NCBI GenBank assembly: GCA_964188305.1
Contig: OZ076896.1
Source of the DNA: Podarcis bocagei
Lineage: Eukaryota
DNA: 64,000 nt
Direction: 5' to 3' (one strand)
Under the pieces are notes generated by a model. It made no database searches. It was not told where the DNA came from and saw only the letters and a program-made list of their open reading frames with translations. The position numbers were made by a program, and so were the translations under genes. This document shows, in pieces, positions 26,625-40,984 of the stretch; the stretch's first letter is position 1, and every line of letters starts with the position of its first letter.

Positions 26625-27540
26625 GGTTGGGGCTTTCCACCACTGTCAGGCCTAGCGACGGTCTATTTCTAGATTGTGTCAGTTTCACAGGTGTTTATCC
26701 ATAAGTCCATCAAATCCCATTTCCACATCAATATGTCTTGTGTTTCATTTTTTTGAAGCTGAAAATTGACGTTATTTTCGTACACATTTCAGCCTAAAAT
26801 GCACATTTTTGCATGCACAGTATGCTAAAATGGATATTATTCTACCCTTTTGCACAGCATTCTCTATGAATTTCATCTGCAACCATGGTAGAAAATGCTT
26901 CCCGCTTCAGAACATATTCCTCACCACACGAGGGAAGCTGGGAGAAGCCAAGTGGCCCAGGGTGCCCCTCATATGGGAGAAACACAGGAAGAGGAGCCAA
27001 GAATAGGCTGGGATGTTTCGAACTGGTACATAAAGGGCTAATGCAATCCTGGAAATCAGCGGTAGACAGCAGAAAAGATTGAGGGCACTGTTGATCACAG
27101 ACCTCACTTTATGAGATTGAGTCATTTCATCTGGCCTGCCAGTTATGCTTGCATCCAAACCTTTGGCTGGTGTAGCACCAAATACTTGATGGCATTGTTT
27201 CAGCCTTAGCTGACAAGCATTAAAATTAATGGACTTGGGTGCCAATCCTGAGGTAGTCGCTATGTTCATTCTGCTGATTAAGTGGGAACTGTTTAGAAGA
27301 AATATTTTTTTAAAAAAAGTGTGGATTTTATTATTATTATTATTTTATTTATTGAGCAGGGGGCATCTTACTAACCTTGCCCTGTGCTCCCTTTACAACT
27401 CATTAAACTAAGTGGGACTTATATGCAAGAACTGGCATGAAAACTCATGGATTTGTGGATAGAAATAGCCAGCACAGGGCTCAAAGCCAGGAGTTCACCC
27501 TACCATAGAAAACTATATATATAACATATTGAAATGGGGC

Positions 27541-27542
<2 letters not shown>

Positions 27543-27592
<50 letters not shown>
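27543..27592. repeat. (AT)n microsatellite
   Basis: Seen directly. Confidence 0.97.
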
Positions 27593-27595
<3 letters not shown>

Positions 27596-27814
27596 CAGCT
27601 GGCTTGCCAAATTAGCTCTGTGATCCTCAGACGATTTGCTCCAGAGTTACAGGGGAGCTGAAATGGTTTAAAAATTAAAATATGAAGCTTGCATCTTGCA
27701 TCAGATTCTTGACACCAATTCAGCTAATCTCTGTTGAAAAGGAGTTAGTCCTATTGGAGAATTGATACCTTCTCTTTGGTTTTGGTGCTCTGGTGCAAGC
27801 AGAGTATTCTGCTG

Positions 27815-28160
27815 CAATGGGCTGAATAGTTTAGCATATGCCTTGTATATAGAATATGCAATGTTCATGCCCTGATATCTCCAGATAAAGGGATATTGCA
27901 TAGCAGGATAAAGGCAGCTGCTGCCAGTTCATATAGACAGGATGAGATGGATCAAAGGTATGACTAAGCATAAGGACAGGACAGTGGTTATTTATATCCA
28001 CATACCTTATTGGTAGAGCACATACTGGTATTTCATATGCAGAAAGTCCCAGGTATAACATATCTTTGCTTGAGATCCTAGAGAACAGCTGACAGTAAGA
28101 GTAGATGATACTTGGCTAGTTGAACAACTAATCTGAACTGGTATAAGGTAGCTTCCTAAG
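27815..28160 (+). mobile_element. Two tandem degraded tRNA-headed SINE copies
   Basis: Each has a degenerate agagca..gcagaa.gtcccagg-type head and a gctg.cagt..agat..gact...tataagg-type tail (about 27815-27975 and 28005-28160). Confidence 0.5.
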
Positions 28161-28517
28161 AGATAATTGTAGTCTTCCACTACATTGACCTTGTCCTATT
28201 TGGTGGCAGAGCTGTCCAACAATGAGCTCATGGGACTGTCTTGTAGCTGCACAGTCAGCCCTGAAAGCTTCCCAAGTTGAGCCCATAAGGATCTTCAGTC
28301 TTCATCAACAGAAGGCTTGTTTTTCTTGCCTTGTTGGGTGCAGCTATGAGCCTCCTGACTGGACATAACTGACTCACTTCCAAGTCAGTTCCAAGTCATT
28401 GTATGAAAATCCATCCACCCGTGTACGCTGTGTTTGTGCCCTTTACAGCCGACCCCCCCTGTACTTGGGTCCTCTTCCTTTTTCTCCACTGTTTACTCCT
28501 CTTTTCCTCCTCTTTTC

Positions 28518-28681
28518 AACGTTGGAATGGTCTCCCTCAGGAAGTTGTGGACTCTTCTTCATTGAAGTTTTTTAAGTTGGTCATCTGTCATGGATGCTTT
28601 AGCTAAGATTCCTGCATTGCAGGGGTTGAACCAGATGACCCTTTGGGTCCCTTCCAACTCTACAATTCTATGGTTCTATGA
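28518..28681 (+). mobile_element. CR1 LINE 3' UTR fragment (older subfamily)
   Basis: gttgtggactcttcttcattgaagtttt..aagattcctgcattgcaggggttg..gtcccttccaactctacaattctatggttctatg. Confidence 0.82.
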
Positions 28682-28943
28682 AATGGTTTATTCAATGAGG
28701 AACCTGGCTCATTGTGACTTCATCTCTAGCCTCCTGCACCTGGTTTGCCTCTACTGTGTTGTTTCATTGGTTTCCTGGCCCCGGATTCCTGACTCCTACA
28801 GACTCACCTGTCCCTACCACATCTTCCTACCACAGGTCTTAACTCCCCAGGTGGCTACAATCCACACATTCATCAGGATTGCCTTGTCTCTCCGAATACT
28901 AGCAAAAGGTCTCTCACTTGACACCAGCTCTGTCCCTCTAGCC

Positions 28944-29079
28944 CAGGCATGGCCATACTTGGCCCTCCAGATGCTTTGGGACTACAACTCCCATCATCCC
29001 TAGCTAACAGAACCAGTGGTCAGGGATTATGGGAATTGTAGTCCCAAAACATCTGGAGGACCAGGTTTGGCCATGCCTG
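28944..29079. mobile_element. hAT MITE, palindromic family
   Basis: TIR caggcatggcca / tggccatgcctg; perfect 8-bp TSD ctctagcc (28936-43, 29080-87). Confidence 0.93.
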
Positions 29080-30849
29080 CTCTAGCCTAACATCAGAAGC
29101 CTACTCTGATATTGCACCAACTATAAACATCAGCCAACTTAATAACAAAGATCAAAGGTCTCTGGGGTTCTTAATATAATTTTTACTTGAAAATATAAGA
29201 CTACTACTAGAGATGTTCACAATACAAGTTTTCACTCCTCATAAGACTCGTTTGATTATGAGTGAGGTACTCGTGCCGTGAAACTCTGATTCTATTTGTA
29301 AGTAATCTAACAATTAAATTAAACACAGCTATTTTGAGGAAATAAAAAAACCCAGAGGTTTTTGCATGCACACACGTCTGCATCTAAGCAATCAAAAGGC
29401 ATTATCTCAATCTAAGAACACATTCCATCAAGGCAAAATCATTTGAAGAGGGTTAGGAGCAAGGCTGGAGATTCCCCACCTCTGGCCAAGTTCTACCCTC
29501 TCCCATTTGGACAACCATAAACATTTTCACAGCTGGAAATGATCACACAGAAAAGGCAATGCATGCACACTGACCCACACACTCCGCTATCCGCATGTGC
29601 CAGAAAGGTTAGGATCAGGATCCAGCCAAGGCCTTTTGGGTCATGTCCCCACCAGTAACATGGAGCAGACTCACCAGTCGCAGCTGCTGATGACTCCTCT
29701 CACCATTTTTCCAAAAGATTTGTAAAGTCTTCCCATGTCTGCCAGCCTTTCCAAATGCTCTCTATCAATCTGCTGCCTCTTAATCACCTTGTCCGTGTGC
29801 TTAGTTCACTTGTGACATTTTACTGGTTTGTATTTTTCATGAGGATTTGATTGTATTTTCATGTATAAGATGTGATGATTGTATAGATAAGGTGTGTAGG
29901 CAGAAATGCTGGGTGGGGGTGGGGAGCTTAAAGAAAGAAAGAAATGATTGAATGTGTCTCGTGTATATCTGAGAAGAGACCTAGACTGGCATCGCATGCC
30001 ACATAGTATTATTTCTCCGTAACGTAAGAAAATGTCTGCAAGGTGAGTCAATACTTTACGTTGGTTATTTTTCCTAGATAAAAGATAGCATGCAATTCAT
30101 CCAGTCCCCCACCCCCACTTTAAATGGTTTTCTATTGACTGTTTTATAGACTGATTCTTCTGGGCATTAGCATTTGGAGAGATCATTACCACTGTAAATC
30201 ACTCACAATTGGTACAGTCATAGCATTAGAAGCAGGAAAGAAGAAGTGGGGGGGGGCTCATTAAACCTCAAACTTCTCCCCACTGCACAATTTCTCAATG
30301 GAAAGCAACACAGTGCTATTTTGAACTATGATGATTCCCCACCCTATTAATACTTTTATATTTATACAGTGCCCTCACTGTACATTCCCCTTTACATGTG
30401 GCTCTCTAGACATTCCTGTACTCTAGCTCCCATCAGCCCCAGCCAACATAATCATAGAAGTTGTAGTCCAGCAAGTATCTGGCGGGTCACAGGTTCCCCA
30501 CCCCTGATGTAAGCAAAACAGGCAAACCTCTGCCCAGAGGAGCCTGCACTCTAAATTGTGAGTGACAGGAGATCGGGGAAGTAACAGAAGGTGAAATGGT
30601 TGGGAAACAGAAGGGAAACAAGGGATGAAGGGGCAAGGCTACACCTAAACATTTTGCTGTGATGGATGGACAAGATGGGGCACCACCATTTCTCTCTGAT
30701 ACTGAGATAGGTTCTAGGTGCTTGTATTAAATTATAAAGCCCCAAACAACTTAGGTCCAGGGTACCTTAGGTTCCACCTGAACCCTCATATCCCAATTTG
30801 ATCACTAAAATGCTAAGCCATAGGTCCATGGGGAAAGGTGTGTTTTGAA

Positions 30850-31045
30850 GGCTTCCTAAGCAGCACCCCTGAGACCTATCTAGTGTTATCTACTCTTATT
30901 ACTGGCAGTAGCTCTCCAGGGTCTCTGGAAGACATATTTCTCATCACTTCCTACCTGACCCTTTTTGTAACTGGAGGTGCTAGGGATTGAGCCTGAGACC
31001 TTCTGCAGGCAAGGAACATGCTCTGCCACTGAGTTGTGGCTCCTT
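30850..31045 (-). mobile_element. tRNA-headed SINE, degraded
   Basis: gggattgagcctgagaccttctgcaggcaagg..tgctctgccactgag is a reversed tRNA-like head with A and B boxes. Confidence 0.65.
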
Positions 31046-33549
31046 TTTCGGCAGAAACAAAGATTTAGAAAATTGGCCCTGAAGGCTGGCGGAGAACAGT
31101 TCCGTGGATCCCTGTCCTACCAAGTAGCAAAAAAGAGCTTCTAGAGGGATTCATCTCAGGTGCAAGACCTGCAGACAGCATTACATGACCAGATGTGGAT
31201 TTGCTGGGAAGCAGAGATAGGACAGAGGCAAAATGCCAGAGCACATAGTTGGGCATTGGAGTAAGCAAGGCAAGAGCAGAGCCTGAGAAGTCCTAGGCCA
31301 CACATACAGAAGTCTTTTGGATCCCACCTCTGGGTCAAACACTAATTTATAAAGCAAACCGAGACTTGATCAGTACCCAAATGCAATATTTAACAAACTA
31401 GCTTTATGTCTTTGACCCTGAGCTGGCTGGCTGGCTTTGAGAAGATCTGCTGGAGGGCTAAGACCTCGTTAAATGCTTGAGTTGCATTTTGCTTAGCAAA
31501 GAATGAGATAATTATTGTGGTTAAGTGACTGTAACAAGGACAAAGGTTTAATAAGAACATTGATTATAGCCAATGGAAGGTCCTTGAAGAGTAACAGAAG
31601 TAAAGAACAGAGTAAATAGTCGTTATATTTCATACAAGTGGATGAGAAGGAATCTCAAAGGCCTCCCGTTAATCTGCCAAGAACATCATCTGTGAACAGT
31701 GTGAAGATATGTAAGAAGAGAAAGTATGTATCAAAAGGATGTAAAGCCCTGTATTGTTCAACACAGATGGATATCTGGCTGAAGGTTAGTATCTAAAACT
31801 TCAGGGTACTTCAGAAGATGGTCTCCAGAGCCAGCTCAAGGTATTTTTAGCATCTGAAGTAAAGGACAAGGTACCACTCTCCACATACAGACACTAATGA
31901 GACTAGTGATTGAATTTTACTTCAACACTGGAAATAAGGAGTCATCGTCTGCTGCACTTGAAAGCAGCAAATTTGGGTAAGGGGTGCAGGGCAGACTCCC
32001 TGGAACACACAGTATTGTTCTCCAACAGAGGGTAACACCTTGGGAGAGCACTCAAGCTGTGATGTGGGGAAAAAACCCTTCTCCACCTGAGATCCTGGAG
32101 ACTTAGCTCCAATTGGAGGTGACAGAACTGCACAATATGGACATGGTCTAACTTGGCACATCTATCACAAAAATGAACCATCGCTACCTATGATGAATGG
32201 TTGGCATCCTCTAGTTCTAAAGGGTGGGAGGTGTGGCATGATCTCACATGGTATATAAAGTTAACAAGAGAATTTAAAAAAATATTTCGGGCGGTGTAAG
32301 GAAAAAGTAGACAGCAACCCTATTTAGTGACAAGAGGCACGAGAGTTGTTTGACACGTTGGCCTAGTTGATGCTTTAATCTGTGGGTTATAAAATGGAAG
32401 AGTTTAGGTCTTGAGAAATCACTCAAGCCCTGTTACAGAATCCCTGGGAAGAGCCTAGAGAGCCTGGCAGGGACCCATTGTTTTGGGTAACAGCAAGGAG
32501 TACAAAATTCCAATCCAGAAACAACATTCTGCATGCCTTTGTTCTCAAGACAGACAGCGCCAGCAAAAGCATGTTGTTGTTGATAAACATGAAGGAAGAA
32601 GATTCAACAGAGGAATTTTCCCCAAATGGTCGCTAGGCAGGGATGGAGCATCAAGTCAGAGGGGGTGGTTTTCAGCTGTCTCTGTTTCACAAGGGGTGGG
32701 GAATCTTTTCTCCCCCAAGGGCTGCATTTTTTTCAGGGGGAAGTGTTTGGGGGGTGCATACCAGTGGGGCCAAACACCCCCCCACACACACACATTTTCA
32801 CACAGAGAGACACACACTCAGCTCACTTGGCTTCCATGCTGCAGCTATAGCTATTCGCTTTCCTAACACTCCCTCTGATGCTTCGTAGTTTGAGGGGAAA
32901 GAGGTTAGGAGTTCTGTTAGCAAATGCAGGAGTCTGTGCAGAAACAGCTAAGGATCAAGCCAAATTCTTTGCAATGGGAAATCAGGCCAATCTACAAACA
33001 TCGTTTGACTTGTAAAACTAAAATTTTACAATTGGGTGGGTGGGTACAGTGCTGCTGATTCCTTTGTCACAGGCTGCAGCACTGAAGTTTGTCGATTTTG
33101 GAAATGTGACAAAGCTGTAGGTTGTGGGGTCTTAACATTTCCCCAACATTTGCTTGCAAAGCCAGATGTCCAGCAAAGCCTGAGCCAGGATAATTTCCAG
33201 AAACTATGCACGTCGTTGCAATAAAGGCAACTATTTTGCAGTCATCTGTTATATGCGGGTGACTTTAATACTTATTTGAATGGCAGGTCTTAACACTTTG
33301 AATGCTTTTATGCCTTTTTACACAATGTTCCCTGCTCTGAGTCATCAGACTTGCAACAGATTAACATTTCAAAAACATAAACACACTTTTATTGTGCAAA
33401 TAAGTTTATACTGTTAATCAATGAAAATGATTTTAGAAGATGCTAGTGATAAATTATCACCAGGGAACCAGCAGACTTCCTAGCATCCCACCCTCCTCAG
33501 TTTGAGGCTTCTGTGCTAGCTAAATTCTGGCCAGGCCAGGCAATAGTGT

Positions 33550-33848
33550 GTAGTGTGGTCTGCTGGTCAGAGTGCTAGGCTAGGACCAGGGAAACCTAGA
33601 CTCAAATCCCCACTTAGCCATGAAGTTCACTGGAATGACCTTAGACCAGTCACCATCTCTCAGCCTAACCTACCTCACAGGCAGTGTTATTTTTCTAGAA
33701 AAAGAGGTGCCAGAACTCACCAAGAACGCCTCCCTTGTTCTTTTAGAATGGCAATGGTGCCCACATGAGAGGTGCCGGAATTAAGTTCTGGTGAGTTCCA
33801 GGTAAAAAAAAAAGCTCTGCTCACAGGGTTGCTGCAAGGATAAAACTG
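33550..33848 (+). mobile_element. tRNA-CORE SINE interrupted by a hAT MITE
   Basis: agtgtggtctgctggtcagagtg..ctcaaatccc..gaccttagaccagtcaccatctctcagcctaacctacctcacagg|..|gttgctgcaaggataaa. Confidence 0.7.
33682..33819. mobile_element. hAT MITE nested in the SINE
   Basis: Perfect 8-bp TSD ctcacagg (33674-81, 33820-27); imperfect TIR cagtgttattttt / aaaaaagctctg. Confidence 0.85.
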
Positions 33849-35152
33849 GTTGGAAAACTGCATTGTGAAATTTGGAAAAAAAACAAATTTTGCAAAATGT
33901 CTATTGCTTCAGGAAGTGTGAATCTGGCAGGTTTGCCTTTAAATGCAAACTGAACCGAATCCTTCATCTATTTCTACTTAGTGGTGACTGAGGAGGTAGC
34001 TGGTGGTTGCCCCCTCCCAAAGTTGAAAGTTGACCTGCAGGTCTTGGAATTGCCCTTGTGGTTTAGCAAGACATCTCTTGCACGGTTTTTGCTATATCTC
34101 TAGGATCCTATTCAGCTAGATGTGTGCAAAGGCCTTAAAAAAGAATTTTCTTCTTCATCATAGTTACCTTCTCTGAAATTATGAAGAAACTATGTGAGCA
34201 AAAGCATTTGTGCTCTGAAAGGGAAATGCAGAGAGCTCTTCTTTCTAATGAATGTGTCAATAATAATGATGCCTGCTGATGAGTCAGGTTTTAGTTTCAA
34301 TATACATAATTGAAAGCAGCAGGAATCATAAAACATCAATGTTAATTCAAGCTCTCGTTACTTGAAAAGTATGAAATGTGTAAGAACTGAACACAGAATG
34401 GCAATTTACCTTCCATGTCACCTTCCTGTAGTTATTGCTGGAACATTTTTTAACCCCGTGGGAATTCTTTGTTTGTATCTACTGGAAAATGTAGCAGTGA
34501 TCAGACAAGAAGACAGTAAGAAAGCTGAAAGAGTCACAGAGGATTCAACATTTCTCTGTTTCATGTGTATACAAGCGTGTGTAAAAAAGAAGAAGAAGAA
34601 AGAAGAAGCAAACCATCTCGGAACCTGAGAGCAGAACAGAGCCAAATTACGGGTGGAAATTAGAACAAGATCATTGGGGAATAAAATCATAGACATTTGC
34701 CAGCAACCCAGGGAAATCTCTCATTTTGCAAGGAGATAGGAATTGAACAAAGTCATCAAAGCATTGAAATGGAAACTGGGAGGGAGGCATCCATGGTAAA
34801 AGGAAGTTGCACCACAAGAGCTATTCAATAAATTTAGACAAATAATTATTTTTTTAAAAAAACCTCTTCCCATAGCAGTTTACAACTTTATGTTTTAAAA
34901 CAAAGAGTCAGATACAATAAATGCTGAACCCCTTTCTATCTGCTTGAATGGCCGCTGAAAGGGTTTGCTCCTTGGACGGCAGAAGCGGCAGAAGACTGAA
35001 TTCTTGCCATTGCCTTTCAAGAAGGAACCTGGGTGAGGCTACACGAACATGCACTTTGCTTTTTTCGGGGAGGGGACAACGACGACTGAAAGTGCTTTAA
35101 AGACTACCACCATCTTGAAGACTACTTGCCTGCTTTTTTCATGCTCAGAGTA

Positions 35153-35403
35153 CAGTCGTACCTTGGTTGTCAAACGCCTCAGAACTCATCCGTTTTGGCT
35201 CCCGAACACCGCAAACCCGAAAGTGAGTGTTCCGGTTTGCGAACGTTTTTTGGAAGCCAAACGTCCAACGCAGCTTCCGTGGCTTTTGTCTGAGTGCAGG
35301 AAGCTCCTGCAGCCAATCGGAAGCTGCATCTTCGTTTTCAAATGTTTTTGGAAGTCGAACGGACTTCCAGAACGGATTCCGTTCAGGAACCAAGGTATGA
35401 CTG
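35153..35403. mobile_element. Tigger/pogo-like MITE, family B
   Basis: TIR cagtcgtaccttggtt / aaccaaggtatgactg; TA TSD; CpG-rich, so probably young. Confidence 0.9.
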
Positions 35404-38055
35404 TATGTATATTTAGAAACAAAATGTTACAAAAGGAATCTGCAGTGATCTCTCTTTACAAGGGTAATTCATCTTTGTAAGTACAGAGTTAGTGCTAGGA
35501 AACTTCCTACCACTCAGGCAATTGATTTACTCGGGGTACCCAAAGCATTATGTATAGAAGACTTCCATACAAGCTCTCAGTGTTTTGCTGGAAGAACTTT
35601 AGTGCTGTCTCACTATCTGGTTATTAGTCGTAAGGTTGATTGGAAATCCATTTTATTATGGTTTAGTACTTTGAGTCCCACCCCTGCTTTGGAACAAAGA
35701 CATACTTAAAATAAAGTCACCACCAACTGCTGCCCTGGCTAGTGTGAGCATGCTGGGCTTTGGCTGTGGCAGTTAATCTGCCATGTTGCTCCCTCCAACC
35801 CCACAGATAATTGTCCTCCCCATCTTCTAAGGGTCTAATCATCTGCATATGTACTTGAACTCAATCGGATTTACTTCTGAGTAAATATTCATAGGTGCGA
35901 GTGGCACATGAGAGTTTATGCTTCCTCTCTGATGTCTACAGATAACAGCTTTTAAAATATATCTTAAAAGAAGCAGCAAGTACCTGATATCTTTTACCCT
36001 AAACATGTAAGGAAGGAGACTAAAGTATTGGACTGATCTCTTCTAAGCAGGTCTCTTCACCGTGGTATAAATGTCCCAGCATATATCATAGCTATGTATG
36101 ATAGAAATCCCTAAGGTGAGAGAACCCTAATGCATCATTACATATAATGGCAGGCAGATCACATGACTTTTTAATTTAAATGCCTCAAAATGAGTATAAT
36201 TCCCCTTGGAAATCTAGCCATTGTCCAATTATACTAAGTTCATTTAAAGAGACTTCTTCATGCATGTGATCTTTCAAACCATAGCATTTGTCTGAGGTGA
36301 ATGATTGCCAAAGTCATACTAGTAAGGATAGTGATTATTTTTTTAAAAGGACCTGGGCAAGCAGGACTTCATCAGAAAGGTACCTACCACTGCTTTTTGC
36401 ATATGGCCATGAAATAATAATTTCCCCTCTTTATCCCTCTGGTAGTAGGGTTGCCTGAAGATTTTGTTCACTCCATATTTTTAGGTGTACCAACCTGATT
36501 CACAGTCCCTTGACTATTACGTTGATCTTAATGCAATTATCATTTGGTTTTTGCGCTTCTCTGAATTTTGTGATATCATTCTTTTGCTTTAAAAAGTACC
36601 AAAATGCATATTAAAATGTGTGTTTTAGATTGAAATGCATGCAAATATGTATTTTAGGGTAAAATGCACATTTTTTATGAAAACATGTTCACTAATAATG
36701 AAAACTTTCATACATTTCCCCCAAATAAAAATTAAGAGATTGATGTAGAAATGGGATAGACTTAGGAATCACTGTATGTGAAATCGGCACAGACTGACCA
36801 CAGACTGACCACAAGGAAACAGAGTTGTTCCCTCTGTCTGCTTTGTACCAGTCACTCTAGCATCCCAGCAGAACCTGCAAAAGGTATTAAGATAACAGCA
36901 TCTTGGATATTAGTTCCTTCATGGAACACATGCCTTACACAATTGATTTTCCACTCATCAGCATGTGGCTCCCTCAGCTTCACTCCTAATTAAAGTGAAG
37001 ATTTTTTTTAAAAAAAGACTCAAGCTAGATACTCTAACTTTTGTATCCATAATTGTACTCCTAAAATCCTGAATGCAAAATAAATAAATAAAATTGAAGG
37101 CACTTCATATTGCCTTTCTGAGAGGTTAAAACATTATTCTCATCTAGGTATTCTTTTTTTCTTGCCCTAGTTATTGTCTGCATAATTTGGCTGAGGAATT
37201 ATTGAAGATACTTAGCAAAACCCGAGGCTAATTTGCTCCAATCTATAGACTTACAAGTGCTGCTTGAAAGATCTTAGGATTTGCTATCTAGCCACTTAAA
37301 TTTAGAAAAGTTCATATTTATTGCATCATAACTTGCAAATGAGCTGTGAAGTTTGCTGAATTTACAGGAAAATGTGACTGACTATATCATTGCTTGGGAC
37401 AGTGACCAGAACAAAGGGTAGTTTTCAAAATGGGAGGGCAGGAAAACAGCCTTAAAAACAGGGGGCTAGGTGCACATAAATAGTTCTGCCAGCAGGAGCG
37501 AACACAAGGGCTCCCACTAGCACAACAGTGCTTTGGCTCCCCTGGTGCCCCCCCCCAATCAGCTGTGGGGGGTTGGGAGAACCCACTGAACAGGGGGAGG
37601 AGAGGGAAGGTTACTGCATTGGGGAAGCAGGAATGCTTGCTCTGACGTGATGTTTGTTTTTAGCACAACGCTGGATTCCTCCCATAGGGATGTATTTAAC
37701 TAATCCTACACAGATTAGACTCATTGGAATTAATGAACCTAAGATAGTCATGTCTGTTGACAGAAGTAGGTCTACTCTGAGTAGGAGTCATGTTGAATAC
37801 CACCCACAATGTCTTCTTTCCCTTGCCCCAAACACCAATGACTGTCTGTGCCATTTTTAAGCATCCTTTGGGTAGTCTGTAACCAAGGTTACGTTCCTAT
37901 GATCTGGTCATACTTTCCTTTCCCTGTTTTATCTGTGTGCTCATCCTCTGTGCCTTTTCCTGGTCCTGCCTAGCACCTTCCCCTTGACCAAGCCAGTCAT
38001 GAAACTGTCTATGCACCTGCCAAGACACAATCTTACAAGACTCTATGAAACATTT

Positions 38056-38380
38056 AAAGGTAAAGGTACCCCTGACCGTTACGTACAGTTGCGGACGACT
38101 CTGGGGTTGTGCACTCATCTTGCTCTATAGACCAAGGGAGCTTGTGTTTGTCCATAGACAGCATGACTAAGCCGCTTCTGGTGAACCAGAGCAGCACATG
38201 GAAACGCCGTTTACCTTCCTACCGGAGTGGTACCTATTTATCTACTTGCACTTTGATGTGCTTTTGAACTGCTAGGTGGGCAGGAGCTGGGACTAAGCAA
38301 CGGGAGCTCACCCGTCACAGGGATTCGAACTGCTGACCTTCCAATTGGCAAGCCTTAGGCTCTGTTGTTTAGACCACAGC
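38056..38380 (-). mobile_element. Sauria SINE, more diverged copy
   Basis: Colinear with 15218-15570 (aaaggtaaagg..gactctggggttg..ggaaacgccgtttaccttcc..ggtacctatttatcta). Confidence 0.9.
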
Positions 38381-38499
38381 AAATCTCTGTTGCTATATCT
38401 TCCTGGTTACCTCTGTATACAAATTGTGGACTTTGCCTGCAAAATGGGTACCACAGTTTAAGATATATGCTTGAGTTGGGCTTTCCTACTCTTTTTTTG

Positions 38500-38873
38500 A
38501 GTAGGGGTAAGTCGATCTGTCAATTTTGTTTCCTTTTACATTTCCACCTCAGCTTGTGATTTGTTTGTTGGTTTGTTGGGTAAAATCTATTAATCTTTCC
38601 TAATATACATATTTTTGTATGCTATCTTGTCTGATATACATATTTTTGCAAACTAGTTTCCCATAACACTAATATGTGCATTTCTATGCAGACTTTACCA
38701 TAGTAAATGGATTTTTGTACACATTTCTTGGCTGGAGAACCACACTGCAAAATTCAGAGATGTATGAATCTCCAAGGACGACTGTGTTTCAGTTTACGCA
38801 TTGTTTCAGAAAGTATGAATTAGGTAGGTTTGCCTCTAAATGTGAACTGAATCAAATTTCTTCCCATTCCTAT
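38500..38873. mobile_element. Old AT-rich non-autonomous element (same family as 15910-16593)
   Basis: tttgcctctaaatgtgaactgaatcaaatttc..cattccta end; ctggagaac..cactgcaaaattcaga block. Confidence 0.55.
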
Positions 38874-39121
38874 TCTTGAAGTGCCAGCTGCTCAAGTTGG
38901 AGTTGATTTGGTCAATCAGGTTTGACTCATAGTTGCTACAAGTTCTGTGTAAGAGAGTCATTATTCTTTTGCCGGTGAATTACATCCACTAAGTTAGCAA
39001 CACTGGGGTTATTTCGCGGGATAAGATCATGCTTGGTGGTGCTCAGTTAAATCCATGTGGGCTACATTTGATGCATTCCATTAGTCTGTGGCTGCAAGTA
39101 CACCATTAGTATTTCTGTGCA

Positions 39122-39410
39122 ATCTGAGGGCCTTCTGGTGGTTCCCTCATTGCAAGGGGTGAGGTTGCAGGGAACCAGGCAGAGAGCCTTTTTGGTAGTT
39201 GTACCCACCCTGTGGAACACCCTTCTAGCAAATGTCAAACAGATAAACAGCAACGTGATTTTTAAAAGACATCAGAAGGCAGCCCTGTTCAGGAAAATTC
39301 TTAGTGTGTGATGTTGTATTGTGTTTTTACTATTTTTTGTTGTTGGGAGCTGCCCAGAGTAGCTGAGGCAGCCCAGTCAGATGGGTGGCATATGAATATG
39401 TTGTTGTTAT
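39122..39410 (+). mobile_element. L2-type LINE 3' fragment, diverged
   Basis: Encodes SEGLLVVP..GTRQRAF..PTLWNTL; colinear with 42684-42960. Confidence 0.82.
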
Positions 39411-40324
39411 CACCACAGTCCTCTTAATGTAATGTGTTCCTTTAAAGAGAACTGGTCAATCTGGTAGCAGTGTGAACTTGTTTTGTGGAAACTGCTACTC
39501 AAGAAAAAAACAAAATGAGCTTTAACCTCCTTTCATTGAAGACAGGTGAATTTTTGATAGTGGGTGCTGGAGAGAACAACCTGAGAGTTTCCTCAAAATT
39601 TCAGGAACCTTCTCTTTCTCTCCTCTTGCAAGTGTTTATTGTAATGCCTGGCAAATTTCACGCAAAAACATTTTACATTTTGGGGCTGCCACAGAGGTTT
39701 TTTGTCTCCGCTTAGTGCCCTGCGAACCTTGGCTCTCAGTTTTCTAACAGATTTTCAGAGTAAATCTTCATTGTTTGCCTTCCTGGAAATGTGTTAGTGC
39801 ACTGAAACCTTAGAAATGGGACCACAGCTTATGCCTTTCACCAGAAGCTTAGATGCACATTCAGCATTGTGAAAAGCTGCGTGCTGTGGTTATATGGCCT
39901 GGTGATCATCTGCAAGGGGGTGTAAAATGAAGGCCCATTAATTTTATCACTTTAAAAGAAAGAAAAGTCCTGGACCTATGCAATTAGTCACATTTCAAAG
40001 ACACCCTTCTAAATGAATGTAAGAAAATGCACGTTTATATGTCACATATGCATGTTGCTTGGGGACTAGGGCTCAGGAGATCTGCAGCAGCAGCTCATTC
40101 TGTTTTATTTGTATACAATTGACATAATTTGCATGAAATCTGCATGAACTCGGAGAATAAGAAGTCCCATGTCACAACACTTCTGCTATGCCCTTGGTGC
40201 AAATTTCAGTATGAGACCAAAAATTGTCTGTCATTGGAACATTCATCCATTAATTAAGATCTGAGTGGATGTGGAGCACCTTCCTATTCACTCAGAAGTA
40301 GCCCTCCCACTGATTAAAACCGTA

Positions 40325-40566
40325 CTGTGGTACCTCTGGTTAAGTACTTAATTCATTCCGGAGGTCCGTTCTTAACCTGAAACTGTTCTTAACCTGAAGC
40401 ACCACTGTAGCTAATGGGGCCTCCCGCTGCCACCGCACCGCCAGAGCACAATTTCTGTTCTCATCCTGAAGCAAAGTTCTTAACCCGAGGTATTATTTCT
40501 GGGTTAGCGGAGTCTGTAACCTGAAGCGTATGTAACCTGACGCGTATGTAACCCGAGGTACCACTG
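40325..40566. mobile_element. Tigger/pogo-like MITE, family A copy 2
   Basis: ctgtggtacctc / gaggtaccactg ends with TA TSD; near-identical to 16116-16329. Confidence 0.92.
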
Positions 40567-40984
40567 TAGTAAGTTTTCACTAAGAGATGGTCAAACCCGA
40601 TGAGGGATAGTGTGGGTTGCCATTACCTGGGCCCACACAGAGGGGGAGGAGTGGGAGTCAAGGAAATGTACAGAGTACACACACACATTCAACTGTCTAA
40701 CAGCACCCATGTCACCCAGGAGATTGTAGCTGCAGAGATAAGAAAAGAAGAGTTGTTCCATTGTCTGGAGAGGTCACTTCCCGGATTACATGGAGAAACC
40801 ATTTTCAATGGAGCCCAGCAATGTATTGAGGCAGCACCAGGTGGCAAAATTTTGTGCCCCTAACAATTTTGAGCTTGGAGCAACCGTCCCTGTGTCCCTC
40901 CCGATACACCACTGGATATAACCCACAATTGGGTCACCAACTGTAATCTCCTATAGAAAGCCGGGGAAGATTGCTTTTCACAGC

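Noticed and set aside
29674-29800. Minus-strand open stretch ending at a GTGAGT donor
   Set aside because: No clear acceptor, and its phase gives a stop codon when joined to the 37-nt exon.
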